A stretch of DNA of 62,949 nucleotides, filler included. It is 7 parts of 7 records of this genome, joined end to end, with 100 filler letters (N's around TTAATTAATTAA, not from the genome) between each part and the next. Parts side by side here need not be neighbours in the genome. Positions count along the whole stretch, not along the records: positions 1 to 13,022 come from SRR31156797_17071; positions 13,123 to 25,343 come from SRR31156797_17109; 5 more parts are not named here. One strand, 5' to 3'. Shown here piece after piece: positions 8,166-18,121 of this stretch; the stretch's first letter is position 1, and each line of letters starts with the position of its first letter. The translations under genes were made by a program, and so were the position numbers. The notes beneath the pieces are model-generated. The model saw only the letters and a program-made list of their open reading frames with translations. It ran no database searches and was not told the DNA's origin.

Positions 8166-9777
8166 CCAGAACCTCCCTGATGACGGCCGCCAGCTTTTCC
8201 ATTGTGATGGGCTTTGTCAAAAAGGCTTTAATGCCACTCTTGAGGATCTTGTTGTCGGTTGCCAGGCTCCTGTGCCCGGAGTAAAGTATTACGGGCATAT
8301 GAGGGCGGATCCCCATAATTTTTTTTGCCAGGGTCAGGCCTGTCATACCGGGCATTGTCATATCGGTGTAGAGCAGATCAAACCGGTCAGGATGCCCGCG
8401 AAAGGTCTTCAGCGCTTCCATGGGGCATGATTTACCGGTCACTTCATAACCCAGTCGTTCCAGCATATCAACCTCGGCCTCCAGCAGGGCATTTTCATCA
8501 TCCACCACCAGAATCCGTTCAGTACCTTTCAAAACGGGTTGGTAATGATCGATTACCGTTTCAAGATCGGCTGCGTCCACAACAGGAAAGAGTATGTGGA
8601 ATGTGGAGCCCTTTCCCGGTTCGCTCTCCACCCATGCGGTACCATTGTGGGTTTCAATGATCCCATGGACCACAGCAAGGCCCATGCCAGTCCCCTCGTC
8701 CTCCTGCTTTGTGGTGAAATAGGGATCAAAAATTCGGGCAACAACCTTTTCGCTCATGCCGCATCCCGTATCGCTCACTTTCAACCTTACATATTTGCCC
8801 GCTTCCGGAACACGGAAACGCGCCTCATGACCGTCATGGATGTTGATGTTTTCCAGGCTTATGTTCATTATACCCGGTTCACCACCCATGGCGTGGGTGG
8901 CATTGGTGCCGAGATTCATGACAACCTGGCCGATCTGGGTGGGGTCCGCTTTGACGAAATCGACTTCATGGATCTCTTCACGGATTTCAATGGTGGATGG
9001 AATTGCCGATTTCAGGAATTTTATGGATTCCTTCACAACCGGAACAAGACTGAGGGGCATTAACTCCCGGTCCCCTTCGCGGGCGAAAGTGAGAATCTGT
9101 TTTACCATGTTCCTGGCACGAATACATGAATCATATATTTCGTCCAGATTTTTTCGGGCACGGGTCCCCTTTGGAACATCATCCATGGCCAGCTGCACAT
9201 TCCCCAGGATGACGGCAGTGATATTGTTCAAGTCATGGGCGATTCCGGCGGAGAGGGTACCGATGGCCTCCAGCTTTTGGGTGCGCCGCCGCCATTTTTC
9301 ATGCTCGAATTTGTCTTCATGGGCTCTTTTTATGGCCGTAATGTCCCGGCCTACGGCCTGATACTCCAACAAAGAGCCGTGCTCGTCGAACAACCTGTGG
9401 CCGGACCACCTTATCCAGCAGGTCGACCCGTCGCATTTGAACATCTGCACGGGATATGGCATTGTATTGGCCTTTACGACGCAGGCCTGGAAATCTTCCT
9501 CAACCTTACGGTCTTCATTATTCTTTTTTATCCATTGAAAGAAGTTATTTCCCGTCAGTTCGTCGATTCCACCACCCCTGTATGCTTGGCATGCGCGGTT
9601 TGCAAAGGTAACGGTTCCATGGGGTAGAAACCGACAGACCATTTCATGCATGTTCTCAGCGATTCCGCAATAGCGGTCTTTGCTTACTCGAAAATCCCCT
9701 CTCTTCACTTTCACCCTCTGTTTAAAAAGATCCCTTTGCCTTATGACCGCCGCTTCAGGTGCTCTTTTCTCATCCAT
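8137..9777 (-). CDS. Hybrid sensor histidine kinase (PAS-HisKA-HATPase-REC), cytoplasmic
   Basis: PAS/PAC (VGRDIT), H-box AGIAHDLNN, N-box NLGTNATHAM, DTGCGM/FDPYFTTK/GTGMGL, C-terminal REC (TDMTMPGMTG). Confidence 0.95.
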   Translation of the reverse strand: MDEKRAPEAAVIRQRDLFKQRVKVKRGDFRVSKDRYCGIAENMHEMVCRFLPHGTVTFANRACQAYRGGGIDELTGNNFFQWIKKNNEDRKVEEDFQACVVKANTMPYPVQMFKCDGSTCWIRWSGHRLFDEHGSLLEYQAVGRDITAIKRAHEDKFEHEKWRRRTQKLEAIGTLSAGIAHDLNNITAVILGNVQLAMDDVPKGTRARKNLDEIYDSCIRARNMVKQILTFAREGDRELMPLSLVPVVKESIKFLKSAIPSTIEIREEIHEVDFVKADPTQIGQVVMNLGTNATHAMGGEPGIMNISLENINIHDGHEARFRVPEAGKYVRLKVSDTGCGMSEKVVARIFDPYFTTKQEDEGTGMGLAVVHGIIETHNGTAWVESEPGKGSTFHILFPVVDAADLETVIDHYQPVLKGTERILVVDDENALLEAEVDMLERLGYEVTGKSCPMEALKTFRGHPDRFDLLYTDMTMPGMTGLTLAKKIMGIRPHMPVILYSGHRSLATDNKILKSGIKAFLTKPITMEKLAAVIREVLDEAKTRKSS

Positions 9778-9785
9778 TTTCGTTG

Positions 9786-10559
9786 TTACCTCATCTCCCG
9801 ATGAAAACAGTTTGGATTACACTTGTGAATAATCACTTCGGGTTGTTTGCCTTCAATAACCATGCCGGGAGTATCAGAGACCATACTTTCGGCAACGGCC
9901 CTGCCGGTGAGGGCTGAGAGTTTTAGAACCGCCTTGGAAAGCCTGGGTGGACGTGTTCCCGATGAATGCGCATCCGTTGCCATGAAATGAACCAGGTTCA
10001 ACCCGATCATTTTTACACAGGACTCAAACGCAGAAAAGCCGAACCCTCCGGTGAGGCTCCTTCCGGTGATTTGCGAAAGGGCCCCTGCCGCGACCAGTTC
10101 ATGGAGCAGGCTGACATCGCGCTGAATGGCCGAGTTCCTTTCAGGGTGTGCTATAATGGGGGTCACATTTTTCTCTTTAAGCTTTGAAATAAAACCCGTC
10201 ACCGTTGGGAGAATGAACTGGTCCGGGAGTTCGAGGAAAAAATACCGCCCGGTATCATTGAGGGTCATCAGCCGGCCGTCCTCAAGGGCATTTAAGATTT
10301 CCACATCCAGACGGACTTCGGCACCCGGTAAGACTTCAAGGGGTATACGGTTTTTTTCCAGGGCGGTATTGAATGTGGAACAGGCGGCCATGATGTTTTT
10401 TCTATGGTTGTTGTAGAGGCCGTTAAAGCAATGGGGTGTGGCCATGACGGTGCGGATGCCGTCTTTCACCGCCATGCGGGCCATTTCCAGTGCTTCGGCC
10501 ATGGCGGCGGGGCCGTCGTCCAGACCGGGAAGGATATGGGCGTGAAGATCAATCATCAT
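9786..10559 (-). CDS. CpsB/CapC-family PHP protein-tyrosine phosphatase
   Basis: IDLHAHILPGLDDG, ATPH, IAHPERN, ATDAHS. Expected partner of the BY-kinase. Confidence 0.93.
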   Translation of the reverse strand: MMIDLHAHILPGLDDGPAAMAEALEMARMAVKDGIRTVMATPHCFNGLYNNHRKNIMAACSTFNTALEKNRIPLEVLPGAEVRLDVEILNALEDGRLMTLNDTGRYFFLELPDQFILPTVTGFISKLKEKNVTPIIAHPERNSAIQRDVSLLHELVAAGALSQITGRSLTGGFGFSAFESCVKMIGLNLVHFMATDAHSSGTRPPRLSKAVLKLSALTGRAVAESMVSDTPGMVIEGKQPEVIIHKCNPNCFHREMR

Positions 10560-10568
10560 AAGGGTCGG

Positions 10569-11162
10569 CTAATATTTCCTGACTTCATCGTGAAGGTGTT
10601 TATCCACATAGCGGGCAAGGATTTCGGCCGTGGCCCTCGGGGGGCGTATGATCAGATAATGGTCCACAATGTGATGGCCCATTTCGTGGGCCATCATGCC
10701 GGCATGCACGTCGGAAACATTGGTGAAGATTGTTTTAAATTCATATAGATACCATGACCTGACGCTGCATGTTTTCTTGAAAAGCCCTTGATAGGCGCCC
10801 CTCAGCTGCTGTTTGTCGGCGTAGAGATTTATGGTGACCCTCTTCATCCTCTTGTGCATGTCCAATATTTTCTGAACCCTTTCAAAGAGGGCATCCATTT
10901 TGCGGGCGACTTTCCCGTGAAAATCACTGGGTTCAGAATCGGAAAGGAGCCATTTGAGCCCCCCCTCCTGTGGGGCGTAATCGACCGATTCATAAAATTT
11001 TTCCAGATCTTCCATACGCTGATATCGGATGGTGCAGTGTTTGGTTTTAAGAGAGCGCCAGTTGAATTTCTCAGCTGATTGCGCTTCTGACGGCCCGGAC
11101 GGCAAAAAAAAGAGAATCGCCAGCCAAACCGGTGAAAGTCTTCTTTTAAAGCGGATTTTCAT
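10569..11162 (-). CDS. Secreted zincin-like protein (peptidase MA-like, HExxH)
   Basis: Signal peptide, WRSLKTKHCTIRY, MMAHEMGHHIV followed by TAEILA. Confidence 0.7.
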   Translation of the reverse strand: MKIRFKRRLSPVWLAILFFLPSGPSEAQSAEKFNWRSLKTKHCTIRYQRMEDLEKFYESVDYAPQEGGLKWLLSDSEPSDFHGKVARKMDALFERVQKILDMHKRMKRVTINLYADKQQLRGAYQGLFKKTCSVRSWYLYEFKTIFTNVSDVHAGMMAHEMGHHIVDHYLIIRPPRATAEILARYVDKHLHDEVRKY

Positions 11163-11184
11163 GCATATACGCCGCTCGATACGT

Positions 11185-11751
11185 TTACAGTTTGAAATTA
11201 CTCCTGATTTTCCGTTGAAGACGTTTCAACTCCCCGATTATTTCTTCCGGCACATCCTTCCGGGAGGCCGATCCGATAATCCCGGCAAGGCCGGTTTCGA
11301 TATCAGATACCCGGCCGTGCAGACTCTTTGTCATGTTATTGATGCCGGCGACAAAATCTGTTAATTGATCTTTTTTTCGGAGTCGTACCTCCTTGACCAG
11401 AACACCACTCCCTATCTCCTCCAAATCCTTTTCAAAGCGATAGAGGGGCCCAAACAGCCTGTGGGAGATAATAAGGGTGACGACGATTGTGGCCAGTGTT
11501 ATCAGTGCAAGGGTGATGAGGTTGGTATAGAGTAAAATCGGCAGAATGGCCGAGGATGTGTTCTTTATGACCAATCGCGAATCCTGAAAAGAAGATGTGA
11601 GGGTGCCTGAAGAAAGGAAGAGAAACGCTCCGGTGGATATTGCGGTTCCCGCCAGAATCAAGAGACAGAATTTCAAAATAAACCTGAACTGAAAATCCTT
11701 CTTGATGAAACGGATTTTTCTTTTATTGAAAGTATGATCCCCGTGGGACAT
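11185..11751 (-). CDS. Two-TM HAMP-domain protein without output domain
   Basis: GGAG RBS before ATG 11751. KRKIRFIKKDFQFRFI, two TM segments, SHRLFGPLYRF...LRKKDQL...INNM HAMP, short coiled coil. Confidence 0.75.
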   Translation of the reverse strand: MSHGDHTFNKRKIRFIKKDFQFRFILKFCLLILAGTAISTGAFLFLSSGTLTSSFQDSRLVIKNTSSAILPILLYTNLITLALITLATIVVTLIISHRLFGPLYRFEKDLEEIGSGVLVKEVRLRKKDQLTDFVAGINNMTKSLHGRVSDIETGLAGIIGSASRKDVPEEIIGELKRLQRKIRSNFKL

Positions 11752-11752
11752 G

Positions 11753-12328
11753 TCAATCTCCATCTGCGTTCGTACTGAGAAGTTCCCGGTTAATATAAAG
11801 GTCTGCCTGTTTTTCAAGATCCGCCACCCATTCTCTCAGTTTTTCGCGTTTCTTCTTGTTTTTAAGTAATTTAGAGATCTTATGTTGTATTTTCGGAAGG
11901 GGGGGTATGTTTTTGTCATCTTCTTTGATTTTATTATAATATACTTCTATTTCAGTCTGTGAAACCGTTATCCTCTTATCTATTTCTTCCCCTTTTTTCT
12001 CCAGGAGATCCCTGATAAGGGTCGATTTCCAATGATTCTCGATGGCCCGGACAAATTTTTCCTTCCTGTCAAGCTCCAGTTTTTTGGCTTCCTGGATGAG
12101 GAGTTCTTCTTCAATCAGTTGCTGGAGGAACTCCTTTCTCACTTTTTCCGTGGATTTGAGCGCCTCATCGAAATTCACTTCGCGATCCAGTTGCTTTTGG
12201 AATTCACAGCAACTGAGCTTGTAATCGTTTATCCTGGCAAGCGTCTTCATCTCCGCCGGTTCCTCTTCGGAACAGGAAAAAAGGGTTGCGGTCAGGAGAG
12301 ACACAAATAGATAAAATGAATTTCTCAT
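11753..12328 (-). CDS. Lipoprotein with SurA/PrsA N-terminal chaperone-like domain, no recognisable parvulin domain
   Basis: Lipobox LFSC, LARIND, FLQQLIEEELLIQEAKKLELD, ITVSQTEIEVYY, WVADLEKQADLYINRELL. Start 12328 or 12346. Confidence 0.75.
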   Translation of the reverse strand: MRNSFYLFVSLLTATLFSCSEEEPAEMKTLARINDYKLSCCEFQKQLDREVNFDEALKSTEKVRKEFLQQLIEEELLIQEAKKLELDRKEKFVRAIENHWKSTLIRDLLEKKGEEIDKRITVSQTEIEVYYNKIKEDDKNIPPLPKIQHKISKLLKNKKKREKLREWVADLEKQADLYINRELLSTNADGD

Positions 12329-12398
12329 CACCGTACCGGGCTCCATTTATCAGACAATATGAAGAAAAACACCTGATAGGACAATAGCATATGCATGG

Positions 12399-12417
12399 GG
12401 CGGGGTCAAACCCCGCC
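12399..12417. repeat. GC-rich inverted repeat GGCGGGG-TCAAA-CCCCGCC (REP-like hairpin)
   Basis: 7-bp perfect stem read directly. Single copy in the window. Confidence 0.45.
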
Positions 12418-13022
12418 ATTTAAAAGTAGCAGCAACAGATCATTCTTCCATAGCGCCATCAGTCACAATGTCAAGCATATTCCATCAGTTGGTTGCAGTA
12501 AGCCCGGATCGGATTTTCCCTCGGGGGCATGGCGTCAAAATGGTCACATATAGCCCTTACTTTTTGACAAAAATGTATATTATTGCATGCTATAATTGAC
12601 ATATGCGGCGTTTCCATATAAAATGCTTCAGAAGAAAAAAGCGCCCTTCGGCATCCGGTTTTCCCTCCACCCCTTATCCTTTACTGACGGTGTTTTGTCC
12701 ATTCCCCTCTATGCCGTTGAAGCCATGCCCGTCTTGATATCACAGGTTTCGTCTTTCTCTCTGCAAAAATAACGTCAGTATCTCCAAGCATTGTTGCCCG
12801 CCATAAAAAATCAGAAATCTTTGCGGCCGGCACTGGTTCAGTTGAATAGGTGTTAAAAGCATTTTAAGCTAAACAAGTTATATCAATTGTGCGCTGAAAA
12901 GTTTTTTGGGGGTGAGACCGCTTTCTATCACCCCTAAATTAACCGCAGGCACCTCTTTGGTTGTAAAATGAACTCTTACTCAAGTTTGACAGCTAAAAAG
13001 AGATTATTCTGTCATTACAGGT

Positions 13023-13122
13023 NNNNNNNNNNNNNNNNNNNNNNNNNNNNNNNNNNNNNNNNNNNNTTAATTAATTAANNNNNNNNNNNNNNNNNNNNNN
13101 NNNNNNNNNNNNNNNNNNNNNN
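13023..13122. other. Artificial contig linker
   Basis: 44 N + TTAATTAATTAA (stops in all frames) + 44 N. Base composition changes across it. Confidence 0.98.
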
Positions 13123-14862
13123 ACTCTTCAGAAATATAATTTTATTGGGAAAATATATGCTGATATTGAAATTCTTAAAAACCTGCATTTCAAACCCAAC
13201 TTCTCGTATGTTTATAACTCAAATCTACGCTCAAAATTTACGCCCACATACCAAACCTACGATCTTGATGGAAATGTTATAAATGAAAATGTACACAATA
13301 AACAATTCGATAGTAACCAGACTTCTAAGAGATTTCAGGTTGAGAACGTATTAACCTATGATTTGTTTCTGGAAAGTGGGCATAAATTATCATTTCTTGC
13401 CGGTCAATCTGCTCAGCTCTTTCGTTTAGACTTTTTTAGTGCTGAGGTTGAAGATTTTCCGAATAATGAAATTTACGAGCTAAACGGTGGGATTGCCAAT
13501 AAAGATGTGGCAGGTTATGCCCGTGAGCTGGCTTTAGCTTCTTATTTCGGCCGGGTTAACTATAATTTTGCCGATAAATATCTTTTGGAATTTAATTATC
13601 GTTACGACGGTACTTCCAGAATGAGCTCTTCAAACCGTTGGGGAGGATTCCCTTCTTTTTCTGCCGGCTGGGTAGCAACAAACGAGGAGTTTATGAAAAA
13701 CCTGGGGCCTGTTTCTTTTTTAAAGCTCCGTGGAAGCTGGGGACAGTTAGGAAATGAAAACATAGGAAGTTCTAATTATTACCCTTATACGCAAACAATT
13801 TCAACAGGTGAGAATTATATTTGGGATTCGGGTGTAGTTGCAGGTGTGGCTGTTACCGATCTGGCCAATCAGAACCTGACATGGGAAACCACTACAATTA
13901 CCGATATTGGTATTGACCTGAATTTGTTTAAAAACCATTTTCAGATTGTTGCCGACTGGTTCGACAAAACCAGTACCGATGTCCTTGTTCGTTTGCCCAT
14001 ACCATCAACTATGGGAAATGTTACCGCTCCGTTTCAAAATATTGGCGAAGTTCAAAATCGCGGATGGGAACTTAACCTAAAATACATGGATTCATTTGGT
14101 GATGTGAATGTTTTTGCTGCCGTTAATCTTTCTCATGTCGAAAATGAAGTAATTGACTACGGTGGTTTAGAAACAATCAGCAATAACAGCATAACCCGTG
14201 AAGGAGAGTCTATCGGTTCTTACTATGCCTATATTGCCGATGGTTATTACCAAACACAGGAAGAATTAGATGAAGCTCCTACCCAGTTTGGCAGAGCTCT
14301 GCGTATGGGCGATATAAAATTGAGGGATATTAGTGGCCCCGACGGAGTGCCGGATGGTACCATTTCGGCCGATTACGACCGTACAATAATCGGAAACCCG
14401 TTTCCTGAATTGCAATATTCTTTTAACCTGGGCGGTAGTTATAAAGGATTTGATATTTACGCCTTTTTCCAGGGAGTTAGCGGAATAGATCGTTATTATT
14501 GGTACAACACCGAAACCAATGGTACATTTACAACAGCGGCCATGGATTACTGGACAGAAGACAATCCGAATGCAAAAACACCGCGCTGGGGAAATACAGG
14601 AAACAACTCGGTTTATTCGTCATTTTATCTTCGCGATGCTTCATACCTGCGTTTAAAAAACCTCGAAGTTGGGTATACAATTCCTAAAAAATTGACTCAA
14701 AAAGTTAAAATTGAAAATGCACGAATTTATACCTCGGGTATTAACTTATTAACCTGGACTAAAGAGGATGATTACGATCCGGAAAAAAAGACAAACGACG
14801 ACAGAAATCGCGATTATCCGCAATCTAAAGTTTATTCAGTCGGTATAAACATCACTTTCTAA
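13123..14862 (+). CDS. susC: SusC/RagA TonB-dependent transporter (5'-truncated by contig edge)
   Basis: Frame open from 13123 (TLQKYNFIGK...). SYFGRVNY, RYDGTSR, FLKLRGSWGQLGN, LTWETT, DASYLRLKNLEVGY, YPQSKVYSVGINITF. Confidence 0.95.
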   Translation, partial: TLQKYNFIGKIYADIEILKNLHFKPNFSYVYNSNLRSKFTPTYQTYDLDGNVINENVHNKQFDSNQTSKRFQVENVLTYDLFLESGHKLSFLAGQSAQLFRLDFFSAEVEDFPNNEIYELNGGIANKDVAGYARELALASYFGRVNYNFADKYLLEFNYRYDGTSRMSSSNRWGGFPSFSAGWVATNEEFMKNLGPVSFLKLRGSWGQLGNENIGSSNYYPYTQTISTGENYIWDSGVVAGVAVTDLANQNLTWETTTITDIGIDLNLFKNHFQIVADWFDKTSTDVLVRLPIPSTMGNVTAPFQNIGEVQNRGWELNLKYMDSFGDVNVFAAVNLSHVENEVIDYGGLETISNNSITREGESIGSYYAYIADGYYQTQEELDEAPTQFGRALRMGDIKLRDISGPDGVPDGTISADYDRTIIGNPFPELQYSFNLGGSYKGFDIYAFFQGVSGIDRYYWYNTETNGTFTTAAMDYWTEDNPNAKTPRWGNTGNNSVYSSFYLRDASYLRLKNLEVGYTIPKKLTQKVKIENARIYTSGINLLTWTKEDDYDPEKKTNDDRNRDYPQSKVYSVGINITF

Positions 14863-14869
14863 CTTTAAA

Positions 14870-16426
14870 ATGATACAAAAAATGAAAAAGATATTATCTA
14901 TTCTATTTATCGTAACTATCATTCTTTTTACAGGATGTTCCGATGATTTTCTTGACCGGAAGTCGTTAACCGATTTGGCTGATGATAACTTCTGGTCGAC
15001 AGAAGCTGACGCAGAAATGGCCCTGGCAGGTTGTTATTCTAATTTGCAAAGTGCATGGATTTTCGATTCTAATCCCTGGACGGCAGGCGCCATGCGTTAC
15101 GACTACATGTCCGACAATGGATGGGTACGCTGGAGTTGGGAAGCCGGTGGCGACCTTTCACGAGGCGAACAATCTTCTGCAAGTTGGATTATAACTGATA
15201 AGTGGGACGAACTGTATCAGACAATTGTGAGATGTAACCGGGTTATTGAAACTGTTCCAAACCTCGGTGAAGAAATTATCTCGCCGGAAGTTGCAGCACA
15301 AATTGTGGCCGAAGCAAAATTTATCAGAGCCCTGATGTATAACGAATTAACAATGACTTACACAGATGTTCCTATGGTAACCACAATTCAAACAGTAGAA
15401 GACGCAGATATTGCAAAATCGACAAAATCTGAAATTGTTGATTTTATACTTACTGATTTGGAAGATTGTGTAGAAGATTTGGCTCTGTCAGGAGATCTGG
15501 AATGGGGGCGTGCTTCAAGGGGGGCCGGATATGCACTTTTAGCTCGAATAAATTTATACAACCAAAATTGGTCGGCCACAGCTTCCTGGGCACAAAAAGT
15601 AATTGACCTGAATTATTCTTTATTTCCCGATTTTCATGGACTTTTTCAAAATGAAAATGAAATTAACGATGAAGTAATTTTTTCGGTATGTTTTGTAAGA
15701 GGGTCCGATGATGATGGAGCAAGTCATTCGGGCTATTGGGGAAAAGGTGTTGTAAACCACAACGAGGTATTACCAAATCTTGCCGAGGAATATTTCTGTA
15801 CCGACGGAAAACCTATTACCGAGTCGGAATTGTATAATCCTGATGTTCCGTCGGAAAACCGAGACCCAAGATTTGATGCCTCCATTGTTTCTAAAGGTTC
15901 AACCTGGCGAGGAGCAACCTTTAATACTTATTCAAAAACACGTACAGGTTATTGTCAACGTAAATATACCGAAGAAGGTAACAGCGAAGATCATTTTGAT
16001 GCGGATGAAGATTTTTACGTATTCCGCTTTGGTGAGGTAATTCTGATGAAAGCAGAAGCTCTTGCCGAGAGTGATGGTTCTGCAACCGAAATATTCGCCT
16101 TAATTAATCAGTTGCGCGATCGCACCGGCGTTATGATGCCACATGTCGATCAGGCAGAAGTAGATAACTTTTTCGGTGGCAGTTTAGTTGAAATGGTTCG
16201 TCATGAACGACGTGTTGAAACAGCTTTTGAAGGATTGCGCTATTTCGATTTGGTGCGTTGGGGAATTTTAAAAGAACGTGCATTTGATTATTATATGGAC
16301 AATGAACGACCCAATTTGAATATTTCTGATCGACACTGGCCGGGCGACAAGCAATACAAATGGCCCATCCCACAACCAGAAATTGACGTAAATAGCTTAT
16401 TGGAACAACATACAGAATGGAATTAA
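14870..16426 (+). CDS. susD: SusD/RagB glycan-binding lipoprotein
   Basis: Lipobox FTGC-SDDFLD, AEAKFIRALMY, RDPRF, RFGEVILMKAEA, ERRVETAFEGLRYFDLVRW, PIPQPEI. Confidence 0.95.
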   Translation: MIQKMKKILSILFIVTIILFTGCSDDFLDRKSLTDLADDNFWSTEADAEMALAGCYSNLQSAWIFDSNPWTAGAMRYDYMSDNGWVRWSWEAGGDLSRGEQSSASWIITDKWDELYQTIVRCNRVIETVPNLGEEIISPEVAAQIVAEAKFIRALMYNELTMTYTDVPMVTTIQTVEDADIAKSTKSEIVDFILTDLEDCVEDLALSGDLEWGRASRGAGYALLARINLYNQNWSATASWAQKVIDLNYSLFPDFHGLFQNENEINDEVIFSVCFVRGSDDDGASHSGYWGKGVVNHNEVLPNLAEEYFCTDGKPITESELYNPDVPSENRDPRFDASIVSKGSTWRGATFNTYSKTRTGYCQRKYTEEGNSEDHFDADEDFYVFRFGEVILMKAEALAESDGSATEIFALINQLRDRTGVMMPHVDQAEVDNFFGGSLVEMVRHERRVETAFEGLRYFDLVRWGILKERAFDYYMDNERPNLNISDRHWPGDKQYKWPIPQPEIDVNSLLEQHTEWN

Positions 16427-16495
16427 TTACAATCTTATAAGCTTGGGATTGTAATCTACTGAAGTTGATATAGTTTAGTTAGTTAGTGAGTGAGT

Positions 16496-16522
16496 GCCGG
16501 AGGTTGGTTTTAGACCTCCGGT
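16496..16522 (+). terminator. Stem-loop after susD (terminator or mRNA stabiliser)
   Basis: CCGGAGGTT...GACCTCCGG stem preceded by a GTTA/GTGA-repeat tract. Weak U-tail. Confidence 0.45.
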
Positions 16523-16711
16523 TGCTTAAATCGAAAAAATAACATTTCATGTTTTAATGCCTAATAGAAAGCTCTCTTTTGAAATTTTACAGGCTGTTAT
16601 GATCTGATTTTTCAATATCACAGAAGGTATTCTGACTGATTAAATAAAGTACTATTCTGAAATAACATTTGAAACCAATTAATGAATAAAATTAATTAAA
16701 AAACAAACCAT

Positions 16712-18061
16712 ATGATAAAAAATCTTTTAGTTCTGGCATTTATAATTGCCGGCTTTGGTTGCTCTAAGCAATTTGCAGAAGAAGAACTCGTAAATAGCGA
16801 TGCTCAATTAAAAAAACTTACCATTGATAAAAAAGATAAAACCAAGAAAAAAGGTATTGGAATGACCTATAAAAATGAGAATTGGTCTTCAAAAATATCA
16901 GCCCTTAAGTTAGAATGGCACTATTCGTGGGGATTCTATTATACTCCTAAAGAACCCGAAAATTTGCAGTATGTACCAATGGATTGGGGTGGATCGATTC
17001 AAAAAGATGCCTTAATTTCTTATTTAACAGCAAAGAAAAGTAACGGAGAAGCTCGTTATGTGTTAGGATTTAACGAACCCGATGGCGAAACTCAAGCCAA
17101 TATGACTGTTGAAGAAGCCTTAGAGTTATGGCCTCGACTTGAAGAGGTTGGTTTGCCTTTGGGGAGTCCTGCAACTGTTAGCCCTGAAAACGAATGGATG
17201 CAGGAATTTATGGCTGAAGTTGAAAACAGGGGACTTCGTGTCGATTTTATTTGTGTACATCATTACGGAGGTAAAAGCGCACAATCGTTATACGATAAAC
17301 TCGAGCGGGTATACGAAATGTACAACAGGCCAATTTGGATTACCGAGTTTGCTGTTGCCGACTGGTCTGCCTCAACGCCTGCCGAAAATAAGTATTCACC
17401 CGAAGATGTGCTTGGTTTTATGGAAGAAGTTTTACCGGGTCTCGATACACTAAAATATGTTGAACGATATGCATGGTTTCCGGCGAAACAAACCAACAGG
17501 GCGCTAACCTCTTCAGCATTATTCGACGACGAAACAGGAGAATTAACAACACTTGGAGAATACTATGCACACCATAAACACAATATGCGAATTGGCGATG
17601 GCAAAGATGATTTCTTTATAATTGATGATCCGGATAACCTTATTTTAAATGGCAATTTCGAAACCGGCGACAATATTCTTTGGGAGGGATTTAATTCGAA
17701 AACGGTAGGAATGGTTACTACAGAACCAAATAATGGAGATTTTTTTGGGCAAATTAATGCCGGCGAAGGTTCATTTGTTTATAATATTGATGTTATGCCG
17801 GGGGCTACTTACAATGTGTCGGTTTGGAATAAATGGGATTCAACACCTCCGGGAGTAGTTAAACTGGTGGTGAAAAATGCTTCAACAAATGAAAAAATCC
17901 ATGAAATGACTTTGGCTTCAGCAACATCATGGACTGAATCGGTTTCCGAATTTATCTGTCCGGAAGGGGTTGAGGCTATTAAAATAGCGGTTTGGAAACC
18001 CAAAAAACAATCTCAAATTGTAACACCGGCTTTATACCTCGACGATTTTAGTATTAAATAA
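16712..18061 (+). CDS. GH128 glycoside hydrolase lipoprotein with C-terminal CBM4/9-like module
   Basis: Lipobox GFGC, WHYSW, YVPMDWG, LGFNEPD, PIWITEFA, VERYAWF. C-terminal NLILNGNFETG...YLDDFSI. Confidence 0.88.
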   Translation: MIKNLLVLAFIIAGFGCSKQFAEEELVNSDAQLKKLTIDKKDKTKKKGIGMTYKNENWSSKISALKLEWHYSWGFYYTPKEPENLQYVPMDWGGSIQKDALISYLTAKKSNGEARYVLGFNEPDGETQANMTVEEALELWPRLEEVGLPLGSPATVSPENEWMQEFMAEVENRGLRVDFICVHHYGGKSAQSLYDKLERVYEMYNRPIWITEFAVADWSASTPAENKYSPEDVLGFMEEVLPGLDTLKYVERYAWFPAKQTNRALTSSALFDDETGELTTLGEYYAHHKHNMRIGDGKDDFFIIDDPDNLILNGNFETGDNILWEGFNSKTVGMVTTEPNNGDFFGQINAGEGSFVYNIDVMPGATYNVSVWNKWDSTPPGVVKLVVKNASTNEKIHEMTLASATSWTESVSEFICPEGVEAIKIAVWKPKKQSQIVTPALYLDDFSIK

Positions 18062-18121
18062 AATCTTCTGATTATAAGTTTGGCAATAGGGTGGTATTTA
18101 ATTAATATTAAAGATTTGTAA

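Noticed and set aside
91-12310. Numerous plus-strand ORFs in segment 1
   Set aside because: They are antisense shadows of well-supported minus-strand genes in GC-rich DNA, with no motifs.
12780-12860. c-di-GMP-I (GEMM) riboswitch suggested by GGCCGCAAAG on the minus strand
   Set aside because: No GNRA-tetraloop P2 stem or matching P1/P3 architecture could be built.
12909-12934. Intrinsic terminator
   Set aside because: The stem is present, but no U-tract follows it on either strand.
13067-13078. TTAATTAATTAA as a biological repeat
   Set aside because: It is identical and centred in every 100-bp N block, so it is a six-frame-stop linker.
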